In this document: positions 13,501-25,309 of the stretch, in pieces
Layout of the letters: each line of letters starts with the position of its first letter
Position numbering within the stretch: position 1 is the stretch's first letter
Origin: Antedon mediterranea
Taxonomy: Eukaryota; Animalia; Echinodermata
Direction of reading: 5' to 3'
NCBI RefSeq assembly: GCF_964355755.1
Contig: NC_092678.1
Span: 19,237,365 to 19,301,364 of the forward strand
DNA: 64,000 nucleotides
Translations under genes and position numbers: made by a program
Notes under the pieces: generated by a model
The model's input: the letters and a program-made list of their open reading frames with translations, nothing else
The model's database searches: none
What the model was told of the DNA's origin: nothing

Positions 13501-16500
13501 TTACCTATTGAATGCATTACAATTTAACTGATTTACTATCAAACGTATATTCGACAATTTTTATGTATAATATAATTATAAGTAAATAAGTCAACGTACA
13601 AGGTATAACGGTATTGTTAATGAGGAACAAACTGGCTTCATGAATTACCTAACAAAATATTTAAGGAGGAGTTGCAATGCGATTAAATAATGTTATCTAC
13701 TAATAGTAGGCTTACACTTGATTGGAGATGCCTATAACACTAATTGTATGATGAGCATTAGAAGTCATAACAGTAAGCCAACGAGTTAATAACCACACAC
13801 TACATACAAGTAGCAATTTAACCTTGACCTTGTTGTATCGTGTGCGCGCAAAAAAACATCGAATCGAGCATCGACTTGGAACTATACGTACATAACAGTA
13901 AGCCAACGAGTTAATAACCACACACTACATACAAGTAGCAATTTAACCTTGACCTTGTTGTATCGTGTGCGCGCAAAAAAAAAAATATCGAACATCGACT
14001 TATAACTATACGTACATAATAGTAAGCCAACAACCACACAGTAGAAGCAACAATGATATAACATGGCATTGACCTTGAAGTATCATGCACGCGCGCAGCA
14101 AATAACAAATATCGTCTTGAACTATTACGTTCATTAAACAAACGAGTTAACGTGCAAATATCGCGCGCATGAGCAGCAAATTATAATAATCCAACGCGTT
14201 AACCACGACCCTAACAGACGTATCGTGAACAAACAATTATTGAAACAACTCAATACAATCATGATATAATGTAGTACCTCGATCAAAATTGTTTGAGTCT
14301 AGCATTAAATTTCATCTGATTTTTTTTTTTTACATTTGTGGCCGAAAAATTCTCATTTTTTTTTACATTTGTGGGCGTTATCACATTTGTGGGCGATGAT
14401 CGTTTTCACATTTGTGGGCGCTGTTTATTACATTTGTGGTTGATGCGTTTTCACATTTGTGGTTGTTTTCACATTTGTGGGTGATGCGTTTTCACATTTG
14501 TGGTTGTTTTCACATTTGTGGGTGATGCGTTTTCACATTTGTGGTTGTTTTCACATTTGTGGGCGTTTTTACATTTGTGGGTTCAACAAACCTCCCTATT
14601 ATGATGATGATTCACCTTAATTGTTTGCAAGTGTAGATCATTAATTTCATCTCTTTCCATCTTGCTGGTCAACTTGATAGCGATGAGAGCGTGCTGCAGT
14701 TCTTTGTTGGTTTTGCGCTCTGCTGCAACCTGTTCTTCTAACTGAACCTGCTTGTGTTTATGCAGCTCTACTTGTTCTGAAAGTTCTTGTTTAGCCTAAA
14801 AGTAATGTAAGTACATTTTCAATTGATCAACTAATGATGAGCATACTATTATTATTATTTTATTCTAGATTACCTCATCATATTATACTTTACTTTAACT
14901 ATGTAAACCATCCATTTAACACCCGATTTAATGACCCGTTTAATCTCTCGATCCCCTTTTGCTGTACGACTCTATCTCAAACCAATATAACATACCAAGG
15001 TCCCAAACTCTGGAATAAACTCCCAGTAAATATTAAGTCAATTTCATTTAGAACACAATTTGCCATCAAAGTCAAAGAACATTTAATAACCTTATATGAT
15101 GCTTAGTTTTTTTCTAGTTTTTTCTATTTAAAAAACAATAAACCAAAAATGTGTATAATACTCTTCTATTACTTATTTCATATTCATATTTATAATGCCA
15201 GTGAGTTATTAATTTTCATTTATGTAATTAATTTTCTTCAGATTTTTCTTTCTCAGAAATGATATACGTTCTAGTTTAAGTTTTATTTATTTTAAAAGGC
15301 CAAAACTCGATAAGCGAAAGCTTTTTTTTGGTCTTTTGTCTTTAGTTTTGATTTTATGTATGTGAAAAAGAACAAACAAGAAAGAAAGACAATACAGATT
15401 ATTAATTAGCGCTAATACAATTTGACAAACTTTCTGTTGAGTAAGTTTTCCACTAGACGAATTTATTGCGCATGCGTGTTAATATGTTCATCTAATTTTT
15501 GTAATGTGGAACAATGTGCAACCAATTATAATTTGAGATTTGCTAATGGAAAAGAGGCTTTAGTGGTTAGATTTCAGTGGTTGGGTGATTTCAAAACATT
15601 TCAAAACAGCTGCAGAATGTCAAAATTAAAATGGCACCTAACCTAACTGTTTTGGATTCAGCACCTCAGATATGACAAACTTGAAGAAATATGTTACTAA
15701 ATAAAAACAAGCAAACAAAATAAATAACAGTCTAAACTTACTGCAATTAACTGTGTGGTAAGTTTGTCTATCTGCGAACGAAACCGCTCAACAGTAGCCA
15801 CCGCTGTGTTGCCTTCTCGTCCCTGAGTAGCACTTGAGGGTGTGTTACCGGTCTTCTTTAATTCTTAAAAAAACAAACAAAAAGCATGACAGCAAAATAA
15901 GACAGCATAACATTGTTGCGAATTTATTTATGGAATGGTTGGAAAATGAGGCAATAACTACAGCTCACACCGACATAAAACCGAGGATGTGGAAAAGGTA
16001 TGTAGATGACATTATAACAATAATTCCCAAGGATGCGACACAACCATTATTACAACACTTAAACAAAATCGATGATGACATTAATTTCACTTGCGAAGAA
16101 ATGTCCTTAACAGACAACTCTATCTATACGCTAATTTTAGTTGATGGGGAAGGCAACATCAACACTAAAGTTTTTAGGAAAGCCACCCACACAAATCAAT
16201 ACTTGGACTTTAACTCACATCATCCTCTACAACACAAGTTATCCGTTATCCGCACACTTCTACACAGATGTAACACGATAATCACAAATAATGCAGACAA
16301 ACAGAACGAAACTGAGATGATACATACTTCACTTAAACAATGCAACTACCCTACATGGACGATTAGAAAGGTACAACGTAACCTAGATAAACAAAAAACG
16401 GACAAACAACCCGAAACAGAAGATATAAGAGGGTCGATATCCATCCCATATATTCAAGGCCTGTCAGAGAAAATCAAGAGAACATTTAAAAAATATAACA

Positions 16501-19500
16501 TACGAACATACTTTAAACCATCTAACAAAATTAAAAACTTAATCGTCCGACCGAAAGATAAAGCATGCAAAGAGGATTCCTGTGGTGTCGTCTACAAAGT
16601 GGGGTGCACCAACTGTGAGATGGTGTACATTGGGGAAACGGGTAGGGCACTCAAAACCAGAATTAAAGAGCACAAGAAAGATGTTGAGGAAAACACACAG
16701 AACATGCAGACGCGTGCATCACGGAAAGTTTCGTCCTCCATTTTACATAAATCAGCAATCACGGACCATATGACCACACACAACCACATACCTAACTGGG
16801 ATAAGATAGAAGTACTACACAAAGAACAAGTTTGGCTTAAACGTAAAATTAAAGAAAGCATCAGCATAAGAAAGCAAAATAAAAATACAAAGATGAATAG
16901 AGACGAAGGCGCGCACCAACTATCTCACATTTACGATCAGCTTCTGACGACGACTGGTCCCCTAGGCTACACAACAAAATCATCTAGTGGCTGGAAAGGA
17001 GACCAATCGGCGCCATAACGCATCATAGCAACTGAAGAAGTCAAGCTGACAGCTAGACGAAACTGTCTTGCCAACGTAAGTTTTATTGGTTTACTATCAA
17101 AGAACTACTTATATTAGCATAACATGTTGTTGTTAACATTTTCCGTCTTCCGACATTACGCTTTCCACAATTTGTTTCCATTTTTTTCTGTTTATGGCAG
17201 GATGGTTTGTTATTGTGTTAGTGTCTACTAGTCCTTGTAAGTCTTTCTTTATTTGATTCATCCAGTTATTTCTTGGTCTTCCTACGGGTTGTTTTACTTT
17301 CCTGTTAGTTTCTTTCATTGTTTGTTTCATTGGGGTATCATCCGGTAATCTAATTATGTGTCCATACCATTTTAGTCTCCTTCGTTTAATTCTTTTACTC
17401 CATTCTTCTTGTTTTGTTATCTCGTATATTTTCGTGTAACACACTCTATCTGTTAATTTAATATCTATCATCTTTCGCAACATTTTCCTGTGATATATCT
17501 ATACTCTCTTGTAATTTTTTGTTTAGTACCCAGAGTTCACTGTTATATAAGAAAATACTTGCTATGTATGCGTCAAACAAACGGGATTTCACGTCTATAG
17601 ACATCGTTTTGTGTTCTAGCGACAACTTCAGCTTGTTATATGCCATAGCTGCTAGTGATTTTCTTCTTTTAATGTCTTTTTCTGTGTCCAAGTTACTACC
17701 GAGGTATTTGCATTCTTCCCATTTACTATCTTCTGTTTTACTTTCGTTTATCTTTAGATTGAATTCTAATTTCTCGGTTACATTTTTCTTTATTTTAGTT
17801 ATGTGTTCTTTTGAGTCGCTAATAAATGAAATGTCATCCGCATACTGCATCTGGATATTAAGCTGTTGTATGGGTAGTGGTGTTGTGTTTGCTGATTCGA
17901 GTGCCTTTGCTACAGTAGGTAAAGTGTGAACAGTATCGGAGACATACAGTCACCTTGTGGTACTCCTAGTGTAGTAGTAAACAATTTTCCTGTCTGTTTT
18001 CCAATTACATTGTTGATGAACATGTGTAGTTCATCATCTTGTAATATATGTGTCAGATGTCGAATAGAGTATTCCTCCGCACAGTGTCAAATGCACTGGT
18101 CATGTCAAGTAGTAGTAATATTATTTCGTAGTTCGATGACGCCTTTTCTGCTAACAAGGCCGCGTATCGCAGAGGACGAAGCACTACCGAACATGTACAC
18201 CCATGCAAATGTTAGCATAACATGCAATAAAAAAACTATAACCTGGTTAATATACTATATATCCTGGTTAAAATACTATACCCTGTTTAAAAAACTATAG
18301 CCCGTTTAAAAAACTATAACCTGGTTAAAAAACCATAACCTGGTTTAAAAACTATAAACTGGTTAACTACATACCATCAATCTCACTAGTAAGCTCTTGG
18401 AACTGCTTTTGTAGTCGTTCTTTATGCTTCAATGTTTCTTCTTTTATATTTAAAAAAGTATCCGATGCCTGTAGGGCCTTCAATTCTGATCGTAAGTGCG
18501 AGTTCTCCATTGCAAACTTTGCAACGGTTGGGTTATGCTCTGATTGGTGTTTTAGATGCCCAATCTCTTTCTGTAGATCCTCCTATTTTGTGATAAGATT
18601 TATAAAACATCTTTAAGGCCAATTTACGCAGACGAGAGGTAAAGGTAGCTTGTAGTCTAAAAATTATTATGCGCATAATCAGAAACGTCATGTGTGTGCA
18701 TGTGCAACTGTATAAAAAACTACTGAAATTTTATATGTACCACAATTTTTTATGACTATTGAAATTAATCGGACTCTGTAGTGATATGCTTAAATATGGT
18801 AGTGATATAACATCATCATATCCATATATGGGCACATCACATTTTTTGTCACATAAAGTTTGATAATGTAGACAGAGCTTAACACTCAGCTTGCCAACAA
18901 CAATTTCATTCAAACTGCAGAGGAACTCTGAGGAACAATGTTCATTAACTGAAGAATGTCTGCAACCAGACATGATACCAGAAGAAGCCTTACAATCCTG
19001 TTGTCTCTGTCGTCTAATGTCAATTTCTCCTTCTGCGCTTCTTGAAATCTACTGAGGGCACTCTCTCGCAACTTAATCACCATCTTGTTTGACATCAGAA
19101 AGTTATCCTTTTTTATACACAAGTTCTGAAGCTGTGAAATTTTTCTTGTCAGTGTCTAAATAGAAAAAAATGTGTATCATGAAAAAGAAATGATTCAGAT
19201 AGGCAGTGTGGCACTGTAGCTTGGCAGGAAATGTCATTCCTTTTAATCACAAGGTGTTAGTTCAATACTTTCCTAATCCTTTTCTGTAACTTACAATTGT
19301 GAGGAGTTTAGAAAGGATGGGTATTCTTGTAATTGGTGGGTAAATGTTGGATGAGGGCTAAAGTAAATACAAACTGAGAAGCCTTACTTTGTTAGCCATG
19401 TCACTTTTCTCCCACAAAAGCATAGCCCCAAAGAAACATGTCTGCCATTTATTGGTATCACAACCCTTAGTAGAAACTGGTGCAATCTCTGCATTTAAAA

Positions 19501-21088
19501 AAAATAAAATAATTTTTTTATTAATTCATTTAAAATACAACAAAAGTAGTAAGTAACACAAAAATGGATAAATGTTTTTTTTTGTATGGTTTGGTGTTGG
19601 CCTGACCTGTGTTATCGACTAGATTAGTGGGGATTACACCAGATGAATATTGACTAAGCTGATCCTTGAGCCTCTTAATCTCAGCATGTAGCTGTACCAC
19701 ACTACCTTGGGTATCTTGATTTATCACAGCCTATAGGATAAAAAAAACTAATAGATTAAACAACAGAATGAATAAACGCATTTTTGTATTATTTAAGACT
19801 GCCTGCATAAAATGGAAAGTGGTGTACAGAAAATTTACTTTATGTACTTACCCGGTTTTTAATCATTTTAGCTCTTCTTGCAAAATTCAAAGTTGATATT
19901 GTATCACCAATTTGACTAAAAAAACACACCAGAAGACATTGTGTCCGGTAATTTTACTCTTTGTAATAATATTTGTTAAGCACACATATTCACCAAAGTG
20001 CTCAAGCTTAGTTATTTACCTTGGTAAGGACCTTGGTAAGTTTTTTCCTACCCATCATAACTGTACCCATGAAACCAACTTACTGGGTAAATAACTATGT
20101 CTAAATGGGCCCTAAAAATGTATTGAAAATAAATATAGCAATGGAAAATAATATTAATTATTATTAAATAAAATTAGAGATAAATTACCGAGAACCAGGA
20201 TGAACATTTGCAATTATAAACGTCTTTGTGTTGCCACCTAATGCATCCTGAAAATGATAACAAAAACAATAATTACATAGTTTTTTTGATTTTGGTCTCG
20301 ACTATTTTTTTCGGTCTTCATTCTAACTAAGTTCATTATTAAAAGTTCAACATACCCTCAGAAGAAAGCTAAGTTTTGACTCCCTGTATGGCACATATCG
20401 ATTTTTTCCTTGCCCGATATCAACAAGTGCTGTGATCACGCGGCCTAACACCGACAATGATGAGTTAATACTGCCTGCCTCTTTTATTCTTGAACCAACT
20501 GCCTGCGTATCCTTCTGACGTTCACTGCCGGCTAAATCCACCATGTGTAGATGAGATACTCGAAGGTTGCTCACGTTTCCTTGTTTTTCCTTAAATAATA
20601 AATTTTTTTTAAATAATCAAATAAATTAATAATACATAAAAAAGCTTAAAGACAATACTCTTTAGTAGTATTAATTGATACATCAATATCCTATGATAAT
20701 ATTATTTATTTGTCAAGCTCAGTATATCAAAACTCAATGTGATGTTCCCATGTCATATCACTACCATATTTAAGCATAAAATTAAGCCCTGTCAACACAA
20801 TCAATTCAAACTTTATATGACAAAAAAAAGGTGACATGCCCATATATGGACATGATGATCTCATATCACTACCATATGTTGGCAAATCTTCTCTTTACAT
20901 CCGTACTCCACTCAATCTCTCCTGTTTTTTTTATACAAATCTTAATGGAATAAACTACATTCATTGCGTAAATATGAATACTATACCTTTTTTTCAATAG
21001 ATACAGTGAAGATGGCGTGACTCCTAGAACTTTCACGGTTCATTGATGTGGCAGCAACTCGACGGTTCAACCATCCTCTACACAAAAC
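10539..21088 (-). CDS. KIF15: Kinesin-12 / KIF15-like protein, partial (13 exons, about 549 aa: second half of motor, neck and proximal coiled coil)
   Basis: Exons 21088-20987, 20589-20356, 20247-20189, 19915-19852, 19730-19607, 19488-19388, 19155-18994, 18582-18387, 15863-15742, 14795-14616, 11343-11203, 10807-10712, 10604-10539; all GT/AG, phase-consistent and stop-free. Contains switch I (MNRESSRSH), switch II ([12 protein letters not shown]), [20 protein letters not shown], and KIF15-typical [32 protein letters not shown] and ITTPKK. No P-loop exon and no C-terminal exons found. Confidence 0.9.
11697..14600. mobile_element. MITE with about 60-bp TIRs, interrupted in its right TIR by a foldback element
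   Basis: AATAGAGAGGTTTCGCAATCTTACGAATAC...GGATACGTCA (11697 onward) is inverted at 12158-12203 plus 14594-14600 (…GGTTGCGAAACCT|CCCTATT). Superfamily not determined. Confidence 0.75.
12204..14588. mobile_element. Foldback-type non-autonomous DNA transposon (TGT...ACA ends, 5-bp TSD; Ginger2/TDD-like)
   Basis: Ends TGTTGAACCCACAAATGT / ACATTTGTGGGTTCAACA; TSD AACCT at 12199-12203 and 14589-14593. Inverted arms of about 700-800 bp whose outer parts are CCACAAATGTGAAAAC tandem arrays. No transposase ORF. Confidence 0.85.
14870..15385 (+). mobile_element. 3' fragment of an L2/CR1-group LINE
   Basis: ORF 14834-15106 contains H.FNTR...[22 protein letters not shown], the typical ORF2 C-terminus of this group, followed by an AT-rich 3' UTR. 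Confidence 0.7.
15905..17115 (+). mobile_element. 5'-truncated Penelope-like retroelement (RT C-terminus plus GIY-YIG endonuclease) in a KIF15 intron
   Basis: ORF to 17018 has [54 protein letters not shown]...RIKEH, SAITDH and MNRDEG. AGCATAACAT occurs at both ends (15904 and 17117). Confidence 0.93.
17028..17071 (+). ncRNA. Minimal type I hammerhead ribozyme motif at the Penelope 3' end
   Basis: GCAA-CTGAAGA-AGTC(AAGCTGACAGCTA)GAC-GAAA-CT-GTC-TTGC: CUGANGA and GAAA core boxes, stem I GCAA/TTGC, stem II GTC/GAC, GUC cleavage triplet. Minimal hammerheads are known in Penelope-like elements. Confidence 0.7.
17125..18125 (-). mobile_element. Decayed RTE-like LINE 3' portion, tail-to-tail with the Penelope element
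   Basis: Frameshifted RT pieces [45 protein letters not shown] and GRPRNNW; (AAC)n tail near 17125. Confidence 0.85.
18230..18366. repeat. Minisatellite, about 20-bp unit (AAAAACTATAACCTGGTT) x about 7
   Basis: Directly visible tandem copies. Confidence 0.85.
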
Positions 21089-21439
21089 CTACAACAAATA
21101 ATATAAAGTGTTGACATAGCTAGTTTCTAAAGTTATGAATAAAAGTCGTATTCATTTCTAAAATAAATTTATTAGTAAAAATATGATGAAATTAATTTAA
21201 AAAGCTTAAAATGGCTACAATTATACCAAAAATAAAGACTTAACTAAGCTAACATTTAAAAAAAATGCAAACCAACAAAGGTCAGTAGCATTTTCAAATA
21301 TTTCTTATGGTATAAATTTGGTAAGTTTCTAAGATTAAAACTAATAATGTATTTATTTATATAGCACAAATTATGTGTATATATATATATATATATACAC
21401 ATAATATATAAATCCAAAGGCAAATTACTGAAAAAAATG

Positions 21440-22010
21440 ACAATGCTGTGTACTCTAGTAGCTAGATCAACTTTCGTATGAACTTTGAGGTCCAGAGAAT
21501 TTGACTTCAGAAATTGGTTTAGGGTGGTCAAACAATCATTTTTGGCTTGGTTACACATTTTGAAAATGTGGCGAAAGGTCAAAAGGTCAGGGTCAAAGGT
21601 CATAAGACCAAACACCAATATGTCTTAAATCTCAACAACCACTGGTCACAGCGAAGTAATTTTGGTCTCAAATTGATCAGAAGGTATACATTTATACTCA
21701 GTTTAATGGGACATTTTAGTTAAAAATGACCGGAAATGACATTTCTGACCTTTGACCCACAACCCAGGGCATGTATTTATCTCCGTAACTACTGGTCGTA
21801 GACACTTGAATTTGGTTTTAAATATATATTTTGTTATTTGTGACACATTTTGAAAAACGTTACAAAAGGTCAAAGGGTCAGGGTCAAGGGTTATATGAAC
21901 AAATAAATAAAGGTACTTGTATCTCGGCAACCACTGGTCGCAGCAAGTCAATTTTGGTCTCAAAATGCTCAGAAGGCATGCATTTATATTCCGTCTAATG
22001 GGGCATTTTA
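21440..22010. repeat. Diverged tandem repeat with GGTCAAAGGTCA motifs (about 290-bp period)
   Basis: ACACATTTTGAAAA...GGTCAAA.GGTCAGGGTCAA...CAACCACTGGTC...TTTTGGTCTCAAA...TAATGGG.CATTTTAGT occurs at about 21553-21720 and 21843-22012. Confidence 0.7.
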
Positions 22011-22013
22011 GTA

Positions 22014-22770
22014 AACAAGGCCAACAGCCATTAAGTCGCGTGCTACAATGCATAGTGATACCGGACCGACATACAGACCGATAGACAGACCAACCGACAT
22101 AGTGAACTATACTGACCGAAATTACTGAACATGTTTAAAAATGTTGAAATGTTTAAAAACATTTATATTTTTTTAATTTACACGTGCGTAGCCTGTCACT
22201 TTCGACGTGCTCGTATAACGTAATTTCGAGTTGAAAAGTAAGTCAAGAAAACAGAAATCGGGCAAAGAGAGTGCGTAATAACATTTAACGCGCAGTGCGC
22301 ACGCAAAAATATGCGCACTCATGGCAATTTTGTAAACGCTTAAAATTGCCTGAAATGTACTCTTATTTCATCGAAAATAAATTTTGAAAATGTTAAGCGC
22401 GCGTACGCATGCGTTACATGCGCTACGCACGTAATTGTATTGCCATATGATGATTTATGCCCTGAAATTTATGAGTACCAAATTTTATTTAATTGTGATT
22501 CATGGTTGTGAAGATATGATTACAAACGTGATTTCGTTAAATCGTGCGTAGACCGCGTAATTTTTTATTGCGCACCGTGAAAACATAACCACATTGATTC
22601 CTGGCCATAAGGAATATACTGTGAAAAATTGACCTAGCTAGATTAAACTGATATCAAGATAAGGTCAGAAAGCGATAAAACGCATAGTGATACCGGACCG
22701 ACAGACAGACAGACAGACAGACAGACCGACCGACATAGTGAACTATAGAGTCGCTTCCACGCGACTAAAA
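22014..22770 (+). mobile_element. Helentron/HINE-like non-autonomous element, copy 3
   Basis: Same orientation as, and near-identical to, 8630-9405. Confidence 0.78.
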
Positions 22771-24149
22771 ATATAAGGTGGAGGAGCCTAAAAGAAAGCA
22801 AAGCTTGTGGTGAATAGGCTCCTCAAAACAAAAATAATATAACACAATTAGAAACTCCAAAAAAAACAATTTAACTAATATCTTTTCTCTAGCACATAAG
22901 TTTAACATGTTGACATAATTACATGTTTATTTGTTTTACTGATTACCTGATACATTTAATGTTAAATGTAAATAAATGAAACGGTATTGTAGACACAGAA
23001 ACAAAATGGTAACCAGATTCATTGTCATAATGTTTATTTGTTTTACTGATTACCCGATAAATTTACATTTAATGTTAAATTTAACTAAATGAAACGGTTG
23101 TAGATACAGTAACAAAATGTAACGGATTCATTGACGTATAATTATATACAGGCCTCGAATTTTACCGCGGCCACTACTTTTCGGTGCCCTCCCTGTTGGC
23201 CTCAATGCCCTCGAAAATGAACAGCACCCACGGCCATTACTGGCCTGGCCCTTTTTTTTTTTGCTTTGGCCGTGAGTGCCCTTCCTGTACACGCACGCTC
23301 TGGTGTAGTCCATTATACGTGTAAAATTAGGACTGTCCACTTTTAGTTATACACGCACCTCAACCCGAAGATCGTTGGCAGTATATTATATTTTATCACA
23401 CCCACCTCAATAATCCAGCCGACAGATCATCAAAAAATCTTTTTTAACAACGTCGTACACTAGATTAGCGAACGCGTTTTTTACCCAACTCAATATTATA
23501 TTTTTTATTTGTAACTGGAATAAAAACTCATTTCTTTATATACTTTCTGTATCTATAAACCTGTTAAATCTATACATTATTCAATATCCACCCTAGGGAA
23601 TCCACCTAATATCCATATTAGGGAAGGATACCTAAAAAAGTATATAGTCTAGAAATAAAGAGCCATAATATACTGTTAACTTTAAAACTGCAATTATTTC
23701 TGCAGCGTGCGCAGGGCGTAGTTGTTTTTCCTTCCTCTGAAACATAATGCACTCAACAAAATAACAAAAGCAGCATTATTTTAACACATTAGCACACTCA
23801 AATAATAAATGGGACAATCTTTGTTCTGTATTGTTCTTTGTAGTTTGTACTGTATGTTGCATAACAGAACAATTGTATTCAATAATAGACACCCTACTCT
23901 ACATAAAACTTAATACACCACACCCCAGTCCATATAAGTCAAGGCATAGAGATATTATAATATCTCTATTGGTTTTATACTTTTATACAAATTTTAATAT
24001 TGAGAAAAGGTAAATATCTTTGTAATTCAGCTAAGGCTGCGATAATGATATTGAAATAAATGAAATTAAAAAAAAAAAAAAAAAAAAAAAGTTGTTGGTC
24101 TTAATGTTGAAAATGCAAAGGATTATAGCATTGGTATAATAATGCTTAC

Positions 24150-24434
24150 CGAAATGAATGATGTACCATCAACAACCCAAGCCATCATAATGTCGGCTCC
24201 TTTCATTCCTCCATTGCTGTTAAGACCAATCCCAACGTAGCCTGTTGTATTCGCACGAACCTCGAATATAATTGTATCATCTTCAACTTTGCAAAATAAT
24301 TGAACGTTTTCCTCGCTATCAAGAAACACATTGTGATTGAATTTCATCTCACCAAACACACCAAGAGTGCAGAAAAAGAAAACCAGAATACGCGACATTA
24401 TCAACGAAAAAAAAATCGATGAACTTCGTTTCAT
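24150..24434 (-). CDS. Orphan exon 1 of a MOXD1-like paralog (copy A): signal peptide plus N-terminal half of the DOMON domain
   Basis: Open 95-codon exon MKRSSS...GYVGIGLNSNGGMKGADIMMAWVVDGTSFIS|GTAAGC, nearly identical to exon 1 of copy B. Has a W>C change (LFCKV vs LFWKV). No MOXD1 exons 2-12 follow downstream. Confidence 0.8.
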
Positions 24435-25309
24435 GAACAGTTCAGTAAGATCAGCCAGTAAGAAGTACAGTAAACAACGTATAAGATTTAACTAACCTTG
24501 ACAAGCCTTCGGTCTTGATGTTAGTGAGCTTTTGCATCGTGGCGGACGTAGAAGAAAGGAGATCGAAAAAATGCGCATGCGTATTAGCCAAGTATACGTA
24601 CCAAGTCGAGTAACACGATACAAACAAACGGACAACAGCGGTTTATTTAAATTTAACAATGCTTCACGCGGTTCCAAAGACGATACAATAGTAACGTATG
24701 ATTACTTATGGTCTAATGGCTATAGGTATATTAATATAGGCACTTGATAAATTAACAAGTAAGAAAATCTTACTTTTTATATATATCTTATTTTTCCGGA
24801 GACGCTTGACCTATTAAAACATATTACAAATGTTTTTATATTACCTTACTTTTTGTGATAACCGTATTTGTTGAAACGATTCCGTTATGACACAAGGTAA
24901 ATCATCAACGGTGAACAGTTTAACACCCCCAATTACAAATGCTGTTTCAATTACTTTTTTTCCAAAAAATTAAAACAACACCTAATGTCAAACTATTAAA
25001 AAGACAACGATCGAATGTCGCAATTTGATTTATGCTGCTGAACATTGATCTACTGTGGTTTTTGAGTTTTATTTACTGATACTAAAAATTGATTGATCTA
25101 TTTTTTTTCCCTGTGTGTGAGTTTTTTTTATCATGCTTGTTTCTCTTAATTTCCACTCTTATTCACATATCCATTATAATTGCATAGACATACCCAGCAC
25201 AAGATTCCGTCATCTTCTCGGGATTATGCCTTCCTCCATAGCCAATTTTTTTAAAATTCTCTTTTCTTTTGTCCATCCAACAATCATCATTATCATTATT
25301 ATTTTACTT

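Noticed and set aside
15834-15904. N-terminus of the 394-aa ORF as part of the Penelope protein
   Set aside because: It overlaps a KIF15 exon and acceptor on the opposite strand; RT similarity starts only at about 15910 (IVANLFME), so the element is 5'-truncated.
23148-23400. GC-rich CAGGCCTCGAA… segment as a complete hAT transposon or a KIF15 promoter
   Set aside because: No matching second terminus or TSD and no adjacent kinesin first exon were found.
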